A stretch of 64,000 bases of DNA, taken from assembly GCA_900317755.1 (NCBI GenBank), contig ONHZ01000008.1, positions 14,832-78,831 of the forward strand. Reading direction: 5' to 3'. The stretch comes from an uncultured Lachnospiraceae bacterium. GTDB lineage: Bacteria > Bacillota > Clostridia > Lachnospirales > Lachnospiraceae. The notes under the pieces are model-generated. The model was not told the origin of the DNA and ran no database searches. It worked only from the letters and a program-made list of their open reading frames with translations. Made by a program: the position numbers and the translations under genes. Position 1 is the stretch's first letter, and each line of letters starts with the position of its first letter. Positions 62,750-64,000 of this stretch are shown here, piece after piece.

Positions 62750-62921
62750 TAAAAACATAATTGGATCCCGTGGCATATTTTCTCCTTTAAAATTAGATAC
62801 CTCTGATATTTCTTTTCCTTCTTGAAATACACTTCACGGAACTGCTCAGGATTTCCTTCATAGGAAAGTTTCTTTGCCTCTTCACCAAACTGCTCGCTCG
62901 TAAGGTCAAAAATAATTCCAT
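62749..62921 (-). pseudogene. start-less gene remnant
   Basis: The open frame NGIIFDLTSEQFGEEAKKLSYEGNPEQFREVYFKKEKKYQRYLILKEKICHGIQLCF has no ATG/GTG/TTG start. The frame opens after a TAG inside the rlmD 3' end. Confidence 0.25.
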
Positions 62922-64000
62922 TTAGTCTTTGACTAGCGACAGACTAACAACCGTCTCGACATGAAAGCTGCCGGAAAACATGTCGACAGGCCGGACCTTT
63001 TCAAGCTTGTATGCCTTATTTTCACAGAGAATTTTTAGGTCACGTGCCAGCGTAGCCGGGTCACAGGAGACATAGACTATTTTTTCAGGCAGGTATTTTA
63101 GAATCGTCTCGAGAAGCTTCTCGTCACAGCCCTTTCTCGGGGGATCAACTACGATGACATCCGGTTTTGGAAGTTTTGGTGCAATGTCCTCTGCTGCGCC
63201 AACCTGAAACTTAACATTTGAAATATCATTTAATGCAGCATTTTCTTTTGCATTTTCGATGGCTTCCGGAACGATTTCAACGCCATAGACCCTCTTCGCA
63301 TTTCTTGCAAGGAAGAGGCTGATTGTGCCGATTCCGCAGTATAGATCCCAGACGGTTTCTTTGCCTGATAATTTAGCAAATTCAAGTGCCTTGCCATAGA
63401 GCGACTGAACACCTGTATGATTTACCTGGTAGAAAGACAGTGGTGAAATATGAAATTTAATGCCATTTATTTCATCCGTGATATAGTCATTTCCATAGAG
63501 CGTAATCAGCTTCCGCCCCATGATGACATTGGTTTTTTCTTTGTTTATGTTCAGGGTGAGGCTTGTGAGACGGAGCTTGCCAGCGGCTCTTTCTGTATTG
63601 TCTTGCTTACTTTCACCAGCTTCACTTTGTCCATTTATTTGCGCTGCATTTTCCTGATTCGAAAAATTTTCAATAGTCTCTCTGATCAGTGCAATCAGTT
63701 CACCCTCTGCCGGCACTGAATTTCCATTGATGACAAGACAGATTCCGACTTCTCCAGTTGCAAATCCGATTCTCACCATCACATGGCGAACCAGACCTTT
63801 CCCCGAAACTTCATCATAGGCTGTCACATGATTCTTCTTCATGTATGCTTTCACACATCGGAGAATATCTCCTGTCACCTCATGCTGGGTCTGACAGTTT
63901 TCAACAGGAATAATTCGGTGGCTTCTCCCAGCATAAAATCCTGTCACAATATTCCCATCAGAATCTTTTCCAACAGGAAACTGCGCCTTGTTCCGATAAT
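62922..64000 (-). CDS. rlmD: 23S rRNA (uracil-C5)-methyltransferase RlmD/RumA family, C-terminal part (continues beyond the window)
   Basis: FYQVN, DLYCGIGTISL (SAM motif I), VVDPPRKG, and VYVSCDPATLARD. The frame stays open to position 64000. Confidence 0.85.
   Translation of the reverse strand, partial: YRNKAQFPVGKDSDGNIVTGFYAGRSHRIIPVENCQTQHEVTGDILRCVKAYMKKNHVTAYDEVSGKGLVRHVMVRIGFATGEVGICLVINGNSVPAEGELIALIRETIENFSNQENAAQINGQSEAGESKQDNTERAAGKLRLTSLTLNINKEKTNVIMGRKLITLYGNDYITDEINGIKFHISPLSFYQVNHTGVQSLYGKALEFAKLSGKETVWDLYCGIGTISLFLARNAKRVYGVEIVPEAIENAKENAALNDISNVKFQVGAAEDIAPKLPKPDVIVVDPPRKGCDEKLLETILKYLPEKIVYVSCDPATLARDLKILCENKAYKLEKVRPVDMFSGSFHVETVVSLSLVKD

Noticed and set aside
1-64000. 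Search for CRISPR arrays, tRNA/rRNA genes, transposases, integrases and prophage structural genes
   Set aside because: I saw no regularly spaced direct repeats with unique spacers, no cloverleaf-like or rRNA-like segments in the intergenic regions, and no ORF with transposase or recombinase motifs. This was an inspection by eye, so tRNAscan, Infernal and ISfinder runs would be needed to make it definitive.

Overview
Chromosomal window from a Firmicutes/Clostridia genome. By inference it is a flagellated, butyrate-producing Lachnospiraceae-like organism (but-type CoA-transferase, flagellar genes, CIRCE operator, Gram-positive ribosomal operon layout). Left third (1-27 kb): flgK(partial)-flgN-flgM, degV, a CIRCE-controlled hsp20, uppP, plsC, an rpe-like epimerase, a Cof-type HAD hydrolase, mscL, thrS, a tightly packed thyA-folA-ilvB-licD operon, a processive GT2 synthase, an orphan FliD-like protein, a 7TM-GGDEF cyclase with an orphan sugar-binding protein, a phosphoglucomutase, a YolD-like/LexA-like pair and a MATE pump. 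Middle (27.1-42.7 kb): a complete S10-spc-alpha ribosomal super-operon on the minus strand (rpsJ to rplQ, including secY, adk, infA, rpmJ, rpoA), with an unusually long structured leader and spacers. Right third (42.7-64 kb) looks accessory. It holds a SAM methyltransferase, an NYN/PIN-like protein, an ATGA-overlapping pair of truncated MutS-type ATPases, an HTH-FHA-Ser/Thr-kinase operon with a kinase remnant, a small Cys-rich protein, the but CoA-transferase and a PucR regulator. It continues with an AT-rich, translationally coupled composite 5mC restriction-modification island (acidic ORF, vsr, two dcm-type MTases, a PD-(D/E)xK protein, a GIY-YIG protein). It ends with NUDIX, a frameshifted small gene, a zinc-ribbon/Q-P-rich membrane protein, a Nif11-like/HD pair and a partial rlmD. 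I recognised no rRNA, tRNA, CRISPR array, transposase or integrase. My best candidate for an undescribed system is the MutS-like ATPase pair plus the NYN/PIN-like protein (43.7-47.4 kb). It may work together with the adjacent HTH-FHA-kinase operon, and it lies a few kb from the RM island. All functional calls rest on motif recognition by eye, since no database search was possible.
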